16,842 nucleotides of DNA from positions 1-16,842 of the forward strand of contig CAZHPN010000139.1 of assembly GCA_964534375.1 (NCBI GenBank), given 5' to 3'. The position numbers and the translations under genes were made by a program. Source of the DNA: an uncultured bacterium. GTDB taxonomy: Bacteria > Lernaellota > Lernaellaia > Lernaellales > Lernaellaceae. The stretch's first letter is position 1, and the number at the start of each line of letters is the position of its first letter. The notes beneath the pieces were generated by a model. It saw only the letters and a program-made list of their open reading frames with translations. It was not told the DNA's origin and ran no database searches. Below, piece by piece: positions 16,435 to 16,842 of this stretch.

Positions 16435-16605
16435 GAGTTTCCTGCAAAAATCACTTTTTGCATCTACGAAAGCGAATTCGAGGGTTTTGCGAGATCATTT
16501 ACTGACCCGACACCGACTGCGGATCCTCCCCTTGGCCCCTCTCCGCGTCGGGAGGGGTCGGCGCGGTGAGTCGCGGCATTGAGCCGGCATTGATGCAAGA
16601 GGCTC
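16435..16605. repeat. Candidate MITE/REP-like non-coding element (~171 bp)
   Basis: Imperfect terminal IRs GAGTTTCCTGCAAAAAT and revcomp GAGCCTCTTGCATCAAT (12/17 match). Internal palindrome TGCAAAAA-tcac-TTTTTGCA (16443-16462). REP-like hairpin cctccccttggcccctctccg-cgt-cgggagggg (16525-16557). Confidence 0.4.
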
Positions 16606-16654
16606 CACCGTCTTCCGACCGCTTTTAGGCCGAAGTTCCCGGCCAAGAAACTAA

Positions 16655-16667
16655 TAAGTGGCTGATT
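16655..16667 (-). promoter_or_regulatory. IHF-consensus site near the IS end
   Basis: Minus strand AATCAGCCACTTA matches WATCARNNNNTTR exactly, about 30 bp inside the putative IS terminus. Confidence 0.45.
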
Positions 16668-16706
16668 ATTCAGGGAAAATGCAGAAATCGGCGTTCCCGT
16701 TACTGG

Positions 16707-16841
16707 CTACACCTGCAGCAATTCGAAGGCGCGTTGCTGCAGGGTCGTCGGTTCGGTCAACTGTTCGAAGGTCGGCGCGTCAGGCGTGGTCTTGATCCGG
16801 CAGCGATTGCGGCACTGGGTGGCCAGCACGTTCAGCAACGT
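16707..16841 (-). CDS. IS1634-family transposase, C-terminal fragment
   Basis: My translation (not in the ORF track): TLLNVLATQCRNRCRIKTTPDAPTFEQLTEPTTLQQRAFELLQV*. It matches the typical IS1634 tail TLL..LAT..RN...T.PT.LQ.RAFELL. Confidence 0.75.
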   Translation of the reverse strand, partial: TLLNVLATQCRNRCRIKTTPDAPTFEQLTEPTTLQQRAFELLQV

Positions 16842-16842
16842 G

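Larger units (their letters stand above)
16626..16842 (-). mobile_element. Right end of an IS1634-like insertion sequence (runs off the window)
   Basis: Transposase C-terminus followed by about 80 bp of non-coding tail ending in GGGAACTTCGGCCTA (plus 16626-16640), a likely terminal IR recalled from this family. The boundary is approximate. Confidence 0.6.

Noticed and set aside
16464..16646. 60-aa minus-strand ORF
   Set aside because: Spans the IS end and the repeat element; no RBS or protein-like features.

Overview
GC-rich bacterial window; the gene content suggests a delta-proteobacterial/Myxococcota-like lineage (inference only). In order it contains: (1) a receiver-DUF4388-like-DnaJ-TPR multidomain protein and a membrane-anchored coiled-coil protein; (2) a convergent, stand-alone adenylate kinase with a zinc-type LID; (3) a three-lipoprotein operon of two tandem paralogous beta-lactamase-fold (SxxK) serine hydrolases and a C45 Ntn-hydrolase; (4) dedA followed by an ArnT/PMT-like GT-C glycosyltransferase; (5) a convergent, lower-GC SGNH-like gene overlapping the GT; (6) a 1601-aa protein with pentapeptide repeats, one TM helix and a TPR-like array built from nested 37/187/560-aa repeats; (7) a short MITE/REP-like element and the 3' end of an IS1634-like transposase. 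The most striking items are the hierarchical repeat protein with a poly(A) tract in its promoter spacer, and the amide-hydrolase lipoprotein trio. All calls come from reading motifs by eye; no searches were run.
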